In this document: piece after piece, positions 39,049 to 48,520 of the stretch
Position numbering within the stretch: position 1 is the stretch's first letter
Layout of the letters: each line of letters begins with the position of its first letter
Position numbers and translations under genes: made by a program
Notes under the pieces: model-generated
Told to the model about the DNA's origin: nothing
The model's input: only the letters and a program-made list of their open reading frames with translations
Database searches by the model: none
Virus record (IMG/VR): IMGVR_UViG_3300035670_000086
Span: 35,867 to 99,866 of that record
Strand: one strand, 5' to 3'
Length of the DNA: 64,000 nucleotides
Origin: a virus

Positions 39049-41938
39049 CTTGTTTATCCTCTTCTGCTTTTACATCTAATGTGTCGATTGAATCAACCTT
39101 CTCTGGAGTAAGACCTTTTGGTAATTGAATTCTAGGATCTTTTGTTATGTGGAATGATGAATGTGCTTCACCTCTACCAATTGAATGCTCATAACCATAA
39201 ATAACCCACAAACCATTTAAAGAATCACTAATTGAACTATTTTTATTTACGCCCAACATAGATGTTTCTTTTACAAATAATAGGGCTGGATTTAAAGATC
39301 CAACACTCATACTTAAATGGAAAAATGGTAGTGTCCTGATAGTTCCTCTATATGCAATCTTAGACATTTGGCTCAACATGGCGTAAAAATGAACTGCTGG
39401 GTTTTCAGACTGCCACCAATCCAAATTCCTAACTACACCTTTCTCATCAGTAAATGCAATTAAAGAAACAAACGCTGCCTCTAGGTCTTGCAACGAGTAT
39501 GACGCTAACTCTGGTGCAATCTTCTTTAATTCTTCAGTTTTATTCGGATCTAATGTCGGAGGCTTATTGGGACTGACAACCATGTAGTTTTTAATTAAGT
39601 TTGCAACTTTATTTTTGTCTAAAGTTAATAAAGGATTAAACTTGTCGTTTAAAGAATCTACTGTTCCAGCACCCCCCTTATGGAGATTAGTTGTTTGATA
39701 AAATACACTGTTTAGGATATTAAAGTAATAATGATCAATATCAATATCTAAATCTAAAACATTTGAGTCTTGAACACCAAATTTAAATATAGGGATATTA
39801 GATTGTTTCAAACCCTCTTCATCTTCTTTTTTAAACGCAAATTGTGATGTGGGCAACTTGTAAGAATTAAAACAATTGTCTTGTTTTGCTAACTGAAAGT
39901 ACTTGGCTGCTATTTCTTGATATTTTTGTGATATAAATTTAACATCTCTCGTGGCTACTAAATTATTATAATTAAATGCTTTAGATCCTTGATCTGTATT
40001 GTTCTTATTTAATTCTGCTTCTGATACATCAGAACCAAAACCAAACTTAAATATCCCTATATTCTCTAGTCTAATTTTGCCATAAAAGAATCTATCTATC
40101 ATCGTTTTATCACCATAGATGATTAGGGGCTTATTTTCATCTATGGTAATAATCTCTTCTAATCTTTTTGATTGAATTACTTTTTCAGATGTAATATTTA
40201 TTCTTCTGCGCTCCTCTTCTAATGAGTGCCCTGCACAAAATTTCTTTAAATCACGGAGAAAATCAGCGTTGTTTTCAACTAAAAAAGTAGGCTCAATTAT
40301 TTTTAAATTTTTAGGAAACTTATTTTTTATATCAAGAAGAGGATCTATAAATTTTTGTCCCGGCTTCTTTACCAAGTTAAGGTACAAATTTTTAGCAACA
40401 TTCGTGGAGCTTTTTACTACTTCAGGATAATATGCAGCGTTACCATTTTTTCCAATTACTTTATCTGGATGATAACTAATAACCTTACCATCTTGAACAA
40501 CCTCTTCTGATACATCAAAACCTAATTCTTTCATTATTTCAGGAATGACATAAAATTCCGATTTTGGTATTCTTATTCTAGTTCCATCAAATAATGCAAC
40601 ATCACAAAATCCGGTAAATTCATTTTCTGGGATAAAGGTTGCGTTTGCTTCTAAATTGTTTTTTAGTGGTAGTATTAATTCGTTTAAATCTGGGAACAAC
40701 ACAATCACATTAGCTTTGTTACTAACACATTTTAGTATGTAATCTTTAATACATTCTGATATTACATAATGATAATCAATATAATTTTCTTCTGCCTTAA
40801 TTTCCTCCATCTTTTTGTTAGTTGATTTAGAAGCCTGTAATTTAGCTAATTTAGTTAATCTGCCTGCATCTCCTTGAAGGTCAAACTCTCTCATTGAGTA
40901 TAATTCTTTTTTGAACAATTTTCCTTCACCATAGGTTACTTGCTGCTCGGCAATACGCAACAAAGGATAAGATCCAAACACTTGTAGTTCTCTACCTAAA
41001 TTAAACCTAACATCATCCATAGGTGTAAGTCCGGGAAACTGAGCATTTACTGTAAAAACTAAAGTAATTGTTCTAAACCCAGTCTCAGCGGAAAAACCAA
41101 ATTTGGCTCCCGTCAACCAACACAAAAATGGACCCGCCCAGTTTTCTATATTAGATCCACAACCATATGAAATATACATGGTAGTTGGAACAACGGGCTT
41201 TGTTAGTTGGTGTAATTGATTTTTTAAACTTTCTAAATAAGCTGCTCTTTTTTCCTCAAACTCTTTTGTATATTTATTTTTTTCTTCGTCGAAAAGTTCT
41301 TTTTCTTTTGGGTAATTTGGATTTGTTGTTGTTCTTTGTACAGCTTGACCACCCCTAGCTGCATTACCACCAGAATCAAATTCTGTATATCCCCCCTTCT
41401 CAACTTCTGCAACATCAATATATATTGACTGTGTATAATATTCGACAGGCTCTTTTAATTCTCTTATTTTTTTATCTAAATTATACAAATCTTGTTCTAT
41501 AGATCCTGTAGCATCTTTGAAGTTATCTAACTTTAAAGCAAAACTATCTGGACTGTCCGCAACTGACTTTAATCTACTTTCTAGTGTTTTTACTTCTGAT
41601 TCTACACTGGTATCAACAAAATCCTTACCAAATAATGAGGACTTACCATTAGCTAATTGCTTTAAAGAGTTAATTAGATAATTTTGTTCAAACACTCTTC
41701 CCGGATCTAAAACTTCTAAAGTAATTGTAAAGTTATCTGTTTCTTTTCCTTGCTTTTCTTGGAATGTATACGCATGAGACAACCTTAAAAAGTTGTCAGA
41801 TATGTTTGTAAACAATACGCTATCCTTACGATTGCGTAGGAATGCGTCCATTGACTCAGGTGCTGCTCTTTTTAGATCAGCGAACACTTGCTTGTCAAAA
41901 GCAACAATAATGTTATATGTTGGTATAGGCTTAGTCAT
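39038..41938 (-). CDS. Probable baseplate hub protein (gp27/GpD-like) with large insertions
   Basis: Located between gp53 and gp5; C-terminal GTIRTLP...LNGLWVIYGYEHSI....SSFHI pattern of hub proteins. Confidence 0.55.
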   Translation of the reverse strand: MTKPIPTYNIIVAFDKQVFADLKRAAPESMDAFLRNRKDSVLFTNISDNFLRLSHAYTFQEKQGKETDNFTITLEVLDPGRVFEQNYLINSLKQLANGKSSLFGKDFVDTSVESEVKTLESRLKSVADSPDSFALKLDNFKDATGSIEQDLYNLDKKIRELKEPVEYYTQSIYIDVAEVEKGGYTEFDSGGNAARGGQAVQRTTTNPNYPKEKELFDEEKNKYTKEFEEKRAAYLESLKNQLHQLTKPVVPTTMYISYGCGSNIENWAGPFLCWLTGAKFGFSAETGFRTITLVFTVNAQFPGLTPMDDVRFNLGRELQVFGSYPLLRIAEQQVTYGEGKLFKKELYSMREFDLQGDAGRLTKLAKLQASKSTNKKMEEIKAEENYIDYHYVISECIKDYILKCVSNKANVIVLFPDLNELILPLKNNLEANATFIPENEFTGFCDVALFDGTRIRIPKSEFYVIPEIMKELGFDVSEEVVQDGKVISYHPDKVIGKNGNAAYYPEVVKSSTNVAKNLYLNLVKKPGQKFIDPLLDIKNKFPKNLKIIEPTFLVENNADFLRDLKKFCAGHSLEEERRRINITSEKVIQSKRLEEIITIDENKPLIIYGDKTMIDRFFYGKIRLENIGIFKFGFGSDVSEAELNKNNTDQGSKAFNYNNLVATRDVKFISQKYQEIAAKYFQLAKQDNCFNSYKLPTSQFAFKKEDEEGLKQSNIPIFKFGVQDSNVLDLDIDIDHYYFNILNSVFYQTTNLHKGGAGTVDSLNDKFNPLLTLDKNKVANLIKNYMVVSPNKPPTLDPNKTEELKKIAPELASYSLQDLEAAFVSLIAFTDEKGVVRNLDWWQSENPAVHFYAMLSQMSKIAYRGTIRTLPFFHLSMSVGSLNPALLFVKETSMLGVNKNSSISDSLNGLWVIYGYEHSIGRGEAHSSFHITKDPRIQLPKGLTPEKVDSIDTLDVKAEEDKQDGD

Positions 41939-42234
41939 AATTTAGGTATAAGTATTCTGTCACCAACATTAAATCCTTCAAAAGGATCAGCCACATTATT
42001 TACTAACATTAGCAACCACCAGTATCCCGCTGTATTATAGAATAATTCAGAGATCGCATCTGGTCTATGCTGAAATCCAGCAGGAACATACCCCACTTCA
42101 AACTCGTATAGCCGACCAGAATATTGAGTCATTAAATCTTGAGCAGGATGGCCTACCGATGTATTCGTTTTTACTCCCTTATGTTCGACCATAACTTGGC
42201 CTACTGAATAGCGAGTTCTTGGTGAATTAAGCAT
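41935..42234 (-). CDS. gp53: Baseplate wedge protein, LysM-like (gp53-like)
   Basis: RPDAISELFY....YWWLLMLVNNVADPF....GDRILIP. Confidence 0.9.
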   Translation of the reverse strand: MLNSPRTRYSVGQVMVEHKGVKTNTSVGHPAQDLMTQYSGRLYEFEVGYVPAGFQHRPDAISELFYNTAGYWWLLMLVNNVADPFEGFNVGDRILIPKL

Positions 42235-42237
42235 ATA

Positions 42238-43215
42238 TTAGTTCCTGTAATTATTATTTTGTATTCCTATATCAGGTCGAATAGGATCTATGGTGTTACT
42301 TCCATTCAAAATAACTTCCCACCCTACCGAGTTATCTCTTTGTACATATTTGTTTATATTGTAATCACCAAAATCACCTACTCTAATTTCTTGCAAATTA
42401 ATTTCGAAAGAAATAACTCTAGGTAACAAAGTCCGTAGATCAGCACCATGAGCTTTATCATAATCTATTTTATAATCTAAAGCTACACATGGGATATCTT
42501 GATATAGAATGCCATGATTTAATCTTATTATTGGAGGACCATTTGTAGGATTTTTTGCGTTATTTAAAACAGACAATCTAATTAAATTAGTCCAATACAT
42601 AACCAAATCAATACCGCGATTTATTTCTGGTCTTGGGTTATTTTGTATTGATGTTCTTCTACTTGCGACAAATGTACCTGTAACTCCCACACGCGAGGTA
42701 GTTGTGCCGTCAAAATCTTGATCTAAATCTTTAAAATATAAATCGTGGTCTTTTGCATTACCTCGACCAGATTTAAAGTGTTTTGTAGTATCATTAACAT
42801 ATAAAGATTTAAAAAACAAATTTTTCATTTCTTCTTTAGATTTTAAATTAGAATGATTTGTAGATAATATAGTATCCGCTGTTGATAATATATGTGGTAA
42901 AGTTATTTTAAATGATAGTGAAAACTGTCTTGATTCTGCGCCTGTGTAAGCTAGAAGAGTGCTGTTCCTGCTAATGGGTTGATACTTTGCATGCATCGCT
43001 TTTCTAGATTCTCTTATCTCTGGGTTTTCATAAAACATTAAATATCTAACATTTGGCGCATCCTTGGAAGATTCATAGAATTCAAACCGTAAGTAAGATC
43101 TCTCCTCTAATTTACGATCAAAATTCTTTGGATTGTTAACATACTCTACAAGTGCAGTTTGCCCAGTTTTACCTGCTTGGCTATCTGTTACAGAATTAAG
43201 TACACTTTTTATCAT
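42238..43215 (-). CDS. Tail tube initiator (gp48/gp54-like)
   Basis: YQPISR...YTGAESRQFSLSF, PPIIRL..G.LY.DIPCV, LPRVI. Confidence 0.7.
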   Translation of the reverse strand: MIKSVLNSVTDSQAGKTGQTALVEYVNNPKNFDRKLEERSYLRFEFYESSKDAPNVRYLMFYENPEIRESRKAMHAKYQPISRNSTLLAYTGAESRQFSLSFKITLPHILSTADTILSTNHSNLKSKEEMKNLFFKSLYVNDTTKHFKSGRGNAKDHDLYFKDLDQDFDGTTTSRVGVTGTFVASRRTSIQNNPRPEINRGIDLVMYWTNLIRLSVLNNAKNPTNGPPIIRLNHGILYQDIPCVALDYKIDYDKAHGADLRTLLPRVISFEINLQEIRVGDFGDYNINKYVQRDNSVGWEVILNGSNTIDPIRPDIGIQNNNYRN

Positions 43216-43228
43216 AAATTAATTAGCC

Positions 43229-44782
43229 TCATGTTGATATTGGAGCGGATCCTCTTTTACTGTTATTTTGAATGACAGTTAGTAATAATAACATTGCATT
43301 CTTTTGTTCCTCATTTACATTCAAAAGTCGTTTGGATAAATCAGTGCCGTAAATAATATCTTGCATAGTTCTGTTTAAACTTTGTGATTGCATCTCTAAT
43401 AGTGAATTTGTTTTATAGTTAAGAGCGGCACGAGCATCATTTATGGCTTTTTGTCTTTGTGCATCTAATCGTTTTCTTTCTTCTTCTGCTGCTCGTCTCT
43501 TCTCTGCTTCAGCCTCATCATCTTCTCCAGAACCAAGCCAAGACATTAATTCAGGGATGAAAGAAACTAACAATGATATTAATAACCCTATAGGACCTGA
43601 CAAAAACCCAAATACTCTAGTTAACATTAAACCACCTTTAGCTAAAGCATTTCCCATTTTAGATATTTTACCAGTAGCTATACTAGCTGCTCGCATATCC
43701 CTTCCCAATTTAGTCATGTTTCTAGACAGATCTTCTAGTTTGTTTCTAAGAGAACCTAAAATTACTGTAACAGCAAGAAATTTTAGCGTATTAACTAATA
43801 AAGTCATGTTATTTACTAACAAGGGAACTATTGTAGCAGCTAATTCTTGTAATGGTGAAGTTGCCTTTTCTAATGCCGTCATTAGGTTAGCAAATGGATC
43901 TTGCTTTGCTCCAACATCAGGAACTATTTCTTTGGGTTGTAATTTACTTATTGCTTCCGACAAAGTTACTAGTTCTTGAGATCCAAAGTAATCTCCTAGC
44001 CTTTGTAATATTACATCTTGATCTAATCCTTGCATTTCCAACGCTTGGCGTTGAGCATCTATCATTGGTTGCAATGTTTTAGCTATACCAAACAAAGATT
44101 CTTCTATTTGTTCTGCCGTAGCATCTCTAGCCATCAACTTTTTAGCCATGTCTGAAATGCCAAACGCCATTCTCTTACCAAACATCTCTGGATTCATTAT
44201 CTGTTTGGAGAAGCGTTCAATCAAATCTTCAGATCCTTGACCAAACTTGCCTGCAACTTTTGCAGCAGCTTCCGAAAATTGTCTACCTACTCCATAGAAG
44301 GCTAAATCTAAATCAGATGAGAATTTGCCCATAGCCTCTACTATATTTTCAGTAGAGATTTGGTAAGTATCGCGTAATTTAGAAATCCTCTCAGAGAAAT
44401 CAGAAAGATTGCTGTTGTTTAAGTTTCCTGTTATGATTGATTGTCTGGTTAGCTTTAGTAACCCAGCATTACTTTTTCCGGCTACTTTATTTTCTAATGT
44501 TAGCTTAGTTAACTCTTTGTTATTAAGAGTTATACCCTCTTCAACCATCTCCAAGGCATTCTGAAGTTCCTCATTCCGACCAGCTAAATTCCCTAAATTA
44601 GGCCCTAGAACTTTTGATACACTAGCGACAGAAGTTCCTATTGAAGCAGATGTTTTATTCATCGTATCTGCTTGCTTTACGAACCTAGATAAAGTAGCAG
44701 TAAGGTTACCCATCACTTGAGCACCTGCTAGGTAGCTTATACTTTTAGTTAATTCAGCAAGAACTGAGTCGGTAGTAGCCAT
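43229..44782 (-). CDS. Probable tape measure protein
   Basis: Helical, Ala/Leu-rich, with hydrophobic FLSGPIGLLISLLVSFIP segment; upstream of tube initiator and gp53. Confidence 0.7.
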   Translation of the reverse strand: MATTDSVLAELTKSISYLAGAQVMGNLTATLSRFVKQADTMNKTSASIGTSVASVSKVLGPNLGNLAGRNEELQNALEMVEEGITLNNKELTKLTLENKVAGKSNAGLLKLTRQSIITGNLNNSNLSDFSERISKLRDTYQISTENIVEAMGKFSSDLDLAFYGVGRQFSEAAAKVAGKFGQGSEDLIERFSKQIMNPEMFGKRMAFGISDMAKKLMARDATAEQIEESLFGIAKTLQPMIDAQRQALEMQGLDQDVILQRLGDYFGSQELVTLSEAISKLQPKEIVPDVGAKQDPFANLMTALEKATSPLQELAATIVPLLVNNMTLLVNTLKFLAVTVILGSLRNKLEDLSRNMTKLGRDMRAASIATGKISKMGNALAKGGLMLTRVFGFLSGPIGLLISLLVSFIPELMSWLGSGEDDEAEAEKRRAAEEERKRLDAQRQKAINDARAALNYKTNSLLEMQSQSLNRTMQDIIYGTDLSKRLLNVNEEQKNAMLLLLTVIQNNSKRGSAPIST

Positions 44783-45231
44783 TATTCTATATCTTCCGTG
44801 CTTTCAGGCAGCTTCTCTTTTTCAATAGATATTTCATTGAGATCGGACATTTCAGCTAGTTTATAAGTCCTAAAGCTATTTGGACCAAAAATAGCCAGCA
44901 ACCCCCTAGAAACATTATCGTAATCAGCAAAACGCCTATTTTTATATAGGGTCTTAAGTACATTAGAACTTATTTCTGGAGACACCGAAGTTAGTTTAAA
45001 ACAGGCTACTAGTATATTTCCCCTTGTGGAAATGAATAACCCATTCCCTCTTTTAACTTTAACAACAAAAACGAATACCCTACCACTACCCGGATAAACA
45101 AAAGATAAAACATCCCCGGGTGAAATAAACCCTGCGCTCCTAGGAATTACCCCTATATGCTCTTTTCCCTCGTGGTTAATATCTTTTAAAAAATTGCCAC
45201 CGTTTTCGTAATATTTTTCGTAACGATTCAT
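44782..45231 (-). CDS. Hypothetical protein, possibly DNA end-protector (gp2)-like
   Basis: PGDVLSFVY and FRTYKL weakly recall gp2 motifs. Confidence 0.4.
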   Translation of the reverse strand: MNRYEKYYENGGNFLKDINHEGKEHIGVIPRSAGFISPGDVLSFVYPGSGRVFVFVVKVKRGNGLFISTRGNILVACFKLTSVSPEISSNVLKTLYKNRRFADYDNVSRGLLAIFGPNSFRTYKLAEMSDLNEISIEKEKLPESTEDIE

Positions 45232-45247
45232 GTATAATAATCCGAGG

Positions 45248-45255
45248 TATTTATG
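45248..45255 (-). promoter_or_regulatory. Putative late promoter CATAAATA for the baseplate operon
   Basis: Lies ~17 nt upstream of the 45231 start and overlaps the ATG of the divergent gene. Confidence 0.5.
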
Positions 45256-45531
45256 ACTGAGAATATAGATGAGAGCATAGTAGATTTTCTTGATTTAATT
45301 AATTTTACCCTATCTAATAAGTTTGAAGATAAGTGGAGACATAGATTTAGTTCTTCCTTCATAAAATTATTCCAATTAAAGCTATTAGAATGTATGGATA
45401 GCCAGAAGCCAATAAAGAGATCTACTTTATTTACTTACCTAACGAAAAGATGTAAGTATTCTGAGGAACAGGTAGAAAACTTCTTCAAAGCAATAGAAAT
45501 AGAAATCTACGATCCGGTGATCCAAAAATGA
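45253..45531 (+). CDS. Hypothetical protein (92 aa)
   Basis: GAGGT Shine-Dalgarno; protein-like composition. Confidence 0.7.
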   Translation: MTENIDESIVDFLDLINFTLSNKFEDKWRHRFSSSFIKLFQLKLLECMDSQKPIKRSTLFTYLTKRCKYSEEQVENFFKAIEIEIYDPVIQK

Positions 45532-45683
45532 GCGAAAAGAAAAGACACGGCCTGAGAAGCGTTCCGAGAGACACTTCACTCGATAACCTTCGTCAACTTA
45601 ATAACATAATTGGTTGTGCTTTTATATTTTATGCATTCCTTTTTTTCTTAGCCATAATAAAAATATTTATTGACGCTATTTAG
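45528..45683 (+). CDS. Small single-pass membrane protein (51 aa)
   Basis: Not in the track. MSEKKRHGLRSVPRDTSLDNLRQLNNIIGCAFIFYAFLFFLAIIKIFIDAI; ATGA overlap with the upstream stop. Confidence 0.55.
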   Translation: MSEKKRHGLRSVPRDTSLDNLRQLNNIIGCAFIFYAFLFFLAIIKIFIDAI

Positions 45684-46452
45684 TTTTTGATTCCTTTGCC
45701 TTCTTGCACTCGGTGATGTAATTCTTTACATCATCTGTGCTGTAGAACTCAGGGCAGGCTTGCTTGTACCCACACCAGTTGCAAAACTGGTTTCTGCTGG
45801 GAGCAAAGTCGGACTTCTTCCGCTTTCTAATATCCCAAACATCTTTTTGGACATCGTTTACATACTTGTGAATCTGTCCCGGAAGATAGTTAACAAACAC
45901 AAAGTTATTGGTTAGTGGGTAGTAGTGAGCAGCAGTAATCTTTTGAACAGGGATGTTAAAATGTTTATGGATGGCATAAGTGTATGCCTTAAGTTGGTCG
46001 TTATTAAATAACTCTAACTTAGATTTCTCGTCCGCGCCTGTCTTGTAGTCAATAATTAAATAGTTACCTTGCTTAGATTTAATTATGCGGTCAATGACTA
46101 CCCGTTGATCTGTCCCCTCTAACAAGGCTACCTTAAAATCTGATTCAGTTCCAACCGTTTCCTCTAGTGTAGCATTAAACCTTAGAAAATTTTTAAGGCA
46201 TACAGAAATCTTCTTGTCATAGCTATTATCGAAGGTATAGTTGGAGCGTTGTTCTTCAGCTATCTTAGCCAACTCATCATGAGTCTTAGCTGCAACACCC
46301 AACTCGAAGATCTTATGGATGTAAGACCCGAACTGCATGGCATCAGCGTTTGCCCCACTCTCAGGGATTCGTTCATAGTACTTCAAGTAAAACTTCCAAC
46401 CGCACTGCTTGTAAGTATCCCTTTTGGAATGTGAAATTTCAGTTATGAACAT
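45676..46452 (-). CDS. RecB/Cas4-like PD-(D/E)xK exonuclease with four-Cys (Fe-S) cluster
   Basis: ISHS...YKQC, FGSYIHKIFE, IDRI, IIDYKTG, QLKAY, CNWCGYKQAC. Start taken at MFITEISH; the track starts at 46470. Confidence 0.88.
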   Translation of the reverse strand: MFITEISHSKRDTYKQCGWKFYLKYYERIPESGANADAMQFGSYIHKIFELGVAAKTHDELAKIAEEQRSNYTFDNSYDKKISVCLKNFLRFNATLEETVGTESDFKVALLEGTDQRVVIDRIIKSKQGNYLIIDYKTGADEKSKLELFNNDQLKAYTYAIHKHFNIPVQKITAAHYYPLTNNFVFVNYLPGQIHKYVNDVQKDVWDIRKRKKSDFAPSRNQFCNWCGYKQACPEFYSTDDVKNYITECKKAKESKTK

Positions 46453-47422
46453 TGATATCTCCTGCTTCATTAAAGACTACCTGACAACCAAATTCTCAGG
46501 AAAATTTAAATTATCTAGTAATGGTAGGGAATTGTTGATGAACTCCCCTGTAGACCCAACAGATAGAAAGCAGCACTTTTCTATCAATTTGGAAACAGGA
46601 TTGTGGCAGGATTTCCGTAAAGGGGAGAAGGGTAACTTCTACTTCCTCTATAGTTATCTAGAGGGAGTCACATACAAACAAGCAGTTAAAGAAATCCACA
46701 TCCGCAGCATTAACAAAGAGCCTCTCCCAGCTACGATCATTGAGGCTCCGTCTAGCTCCATCAGGGAGGAGATGAAAAACTTTGTACCAGTTCTGCTAGA
46801 CAAGCAGCCCGAATCAGAACTAGAGATTGCTGCTTACCTGTACTTAAGTGATCGTAAGATACTAAATAACAAATACCCATTCTTTGTTGCTATGGAGGGT
46901 AGATTCTACGGGCGCGTGATCATCCCGTTCTGGAGAAACGATGATCTAGTATATTTCCAAGCCAGATCACTTATCGGTCAAAAACCTAAGTACCTAAACC
47001 CCGGAGCAGAGTTTGGTCTTAAGAGCAAGAGCTACCTATTCCCCTTTGATCTCTCAGAGCGGTATGTCATTGTATGTGAGGGTCCGACTGATGCAATTTC
47101 CCTACAACTACAGGGCGTAAACGCTACTGCTACCCTAGGATGCTCTCTCAGCGTAACTCAATCAAGAATGCTTGCAGGCTTCCAAGGTCGCATTATTGTA
47201 GGGTACGATAACGATAGTGCAGGCAAAGCAGGACTAAAGAATATCCATACTACAATTAATTGCCAAAGATTCCTCCCCATCAGCTACTGCTTCCCAGACA
47301 GTCGATACAAGGATTGGAACGAAATGCATGTAGATAATATTAACCTCAGACAGTATGTAAAAGAGAACACCCGAGAGTATGATTCTCGGGTGTTTGAAAT
47401 AAGTTCCGTACTAGGTATTTAG
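46445..47422 (+). CDS. DNA primase (DnaG-type TOPRIM)
   Basis: GRVIIPF, YFQARS, PKYLNP, VCEGPTDA, ATLG, YDNDSAG, KDWNE. Start uncertain (46424, 46445 or 46537). Confidence 0.9.
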   Translation: MNIDISCFIKDYLTTKFSGKFKLSSNGRELLMNSPVDPTDRKQHFSINLETGLWQDFRKGEKGNFYFLYSYLEGVTYKQAVKEIHIRSINKEPLPATIIEAPSSSIREEMKNFVPVLLDKQPESELEIAAYLYLSDRKILNNKYPFFVAMEGRFYGRVIIPFWRNDDLVYFQARSLIGQKPKYLNPGAEFGLKSKSYLFPFDLSERYVIVCEGPTDAISLQLQGVNATATLGCSLSVTQSRMLAGFQGRIIVGYDNDSAGKAGLKNIHTTINCQRFLPISYCFPDSRYKDWNEMHVDNINLRQYVKENTREYDSRVFEISSVLGI

Positions 47423-48354
47423 TCTAATATTAGGTACATTAAATCGGAGACTATAGTTTCTCGTAATATATTGTATTTTACTTGTACAGAGTAAGTGCCT
47501 GTTAGAGGTCCAAAAGTTCCTGCTGCAACAGCGGGTAATGTAGCTATTGTGGCAGTATCCCAGTTAAACACGATTGTGTTATCACCTGTAATATCAACGC
47601 CGGAAGTTGTATCTGTAAATGAGCTAACTGTAACTCGTGCAGGTAATGTATAATCGTCGTTTAGTTTTACTATTTGTATCTGTGCAGAGGTAATCGCAGC
47701 ATCCTCAAAGGTGTTTCTAATACTTCTACTTATGTTTTTGTTACCTATATTTATCTCGGTAACAACTTTTAAATCAACCTTTGAGCCTAGTTTAACATGC
47801 TTGTTAGTTAGCCTGTTTGTAGTGCTAATTAGTAAAGGTTCTGTGCTTGTGAAGATTGTATCTCTGTACAAACGGAAATCATTTATGAAGATTTCCCAGT
47901 CGCTATTTTGCACCCAGCGAACAGTCCAAATGTCTATATAATCACCAACTCCAGATGCTTTGTTTGGGATTGTGGATCCTTCATACGATCCTGACAAAGC
48001 AACCTGCCCGTTCAAAACTGTTACATATTCGCCTGTTGATAGTTTATAGATGCCGTTAGCTGTTGTTCCGGGTGTGTAGTTAGATGCATCAAAAGTGGCG
48101 TTCGTAGTTACTGTGGCAGCATTCTTGAAGCCCATTTTAACTACGGAGGATGCAATAGTTGGATCTATTAAATTAGCTGATGTCAGTATTGTGCTGGGGC
48201 TAGTATTGTCTGCTAGAGTGAATACTGTTACTGAACTAATTTCATAGGGATCCTGAAAGACCCCGTTATTAATGAAAAAGCATCTAAGACCCACAGGTTG
48301 TAGCACTGAAGGTCTATTATTCCGATCATAAACTGTGTAACCGTTAACTAGCAT
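47419..48354 (-). CDS. Hypothetical beta-rich protein, likely virion component
   Basis: Thr/Ser/Val-rich 311-aa ORF coupled to the gp26/gp51-like genes. Confidence 0.6.
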   Translation of the reverse strand: MLVNGYTVYDRNNRPSVLQPVGLRCFFINNGVFQDPYEISSVTVFTLADNTSPSTILTSANLIDPTIASSVVKMGFKNAATVTTNATFDASNYTPGTTANGIYKLSTGEYVTVLNGQVALSGSYEGSTIPNKASGVGDYIDIWTVRWVQNSDWEIFINDFRLYRDTIFTSTEPLLISTTNRLTNKHVKLGSKVDLKVVTEINIGNKNISRSIRNTFEDAAITSAQIQIVKLNDDYTLPARVTVSSFTDTTSGVDITGDNTIVFNWDTATIATLPAVAAGTFGPLTGTYSVQVKYNILRETIVSDLMYLILD

Positions 48355-48520
48355 TTTTATTCATAGCCTCCATACGCTCTCGGTGTAATTCCAAGAAAAT
48401 CAGTCTTTCTCGTCTAGACATCCTCAGAACATCCGCATAGGTCATGTGGACATCATGTACTAGTATATAGGCTTCTCTAAGTAGAACCTCTAAATTTAAA
48501 ATAGGTTCTAATTCACGGTA
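48344..48520 (-). CDS. gp51-like hub assembly segment (58 aa) in the -1 frame of gp26
   Basis: Not in the track. YRELEPILNLEVLLREAYILVHDVHMTYADVLRMSRRERLIFLELHRERMEAMNKNAS; resembles the gp51 pattern ..Y.....M...ER..F/Y. Confidence 0.7.
   Translation of the reverse strand, partial: YRELEPILNLEVLLREAYILVHDVHMTYADVLRMSRRERLIFLELHRERMEAMNKNAS

Noticed and set aside
1905-44782. Bacterial T6SS or extracellular contractile injection system (sheath, tube, PAAR, VgrG-like)
   Set aside because: Capsid, portal, protease, terminase and neck genes show this is a complete phage.
45676-46452. CRISPR-Cas locus suggested by the Cas4-like gene
   Set aside because: No repeat-spacer array or other cas genes are visible.
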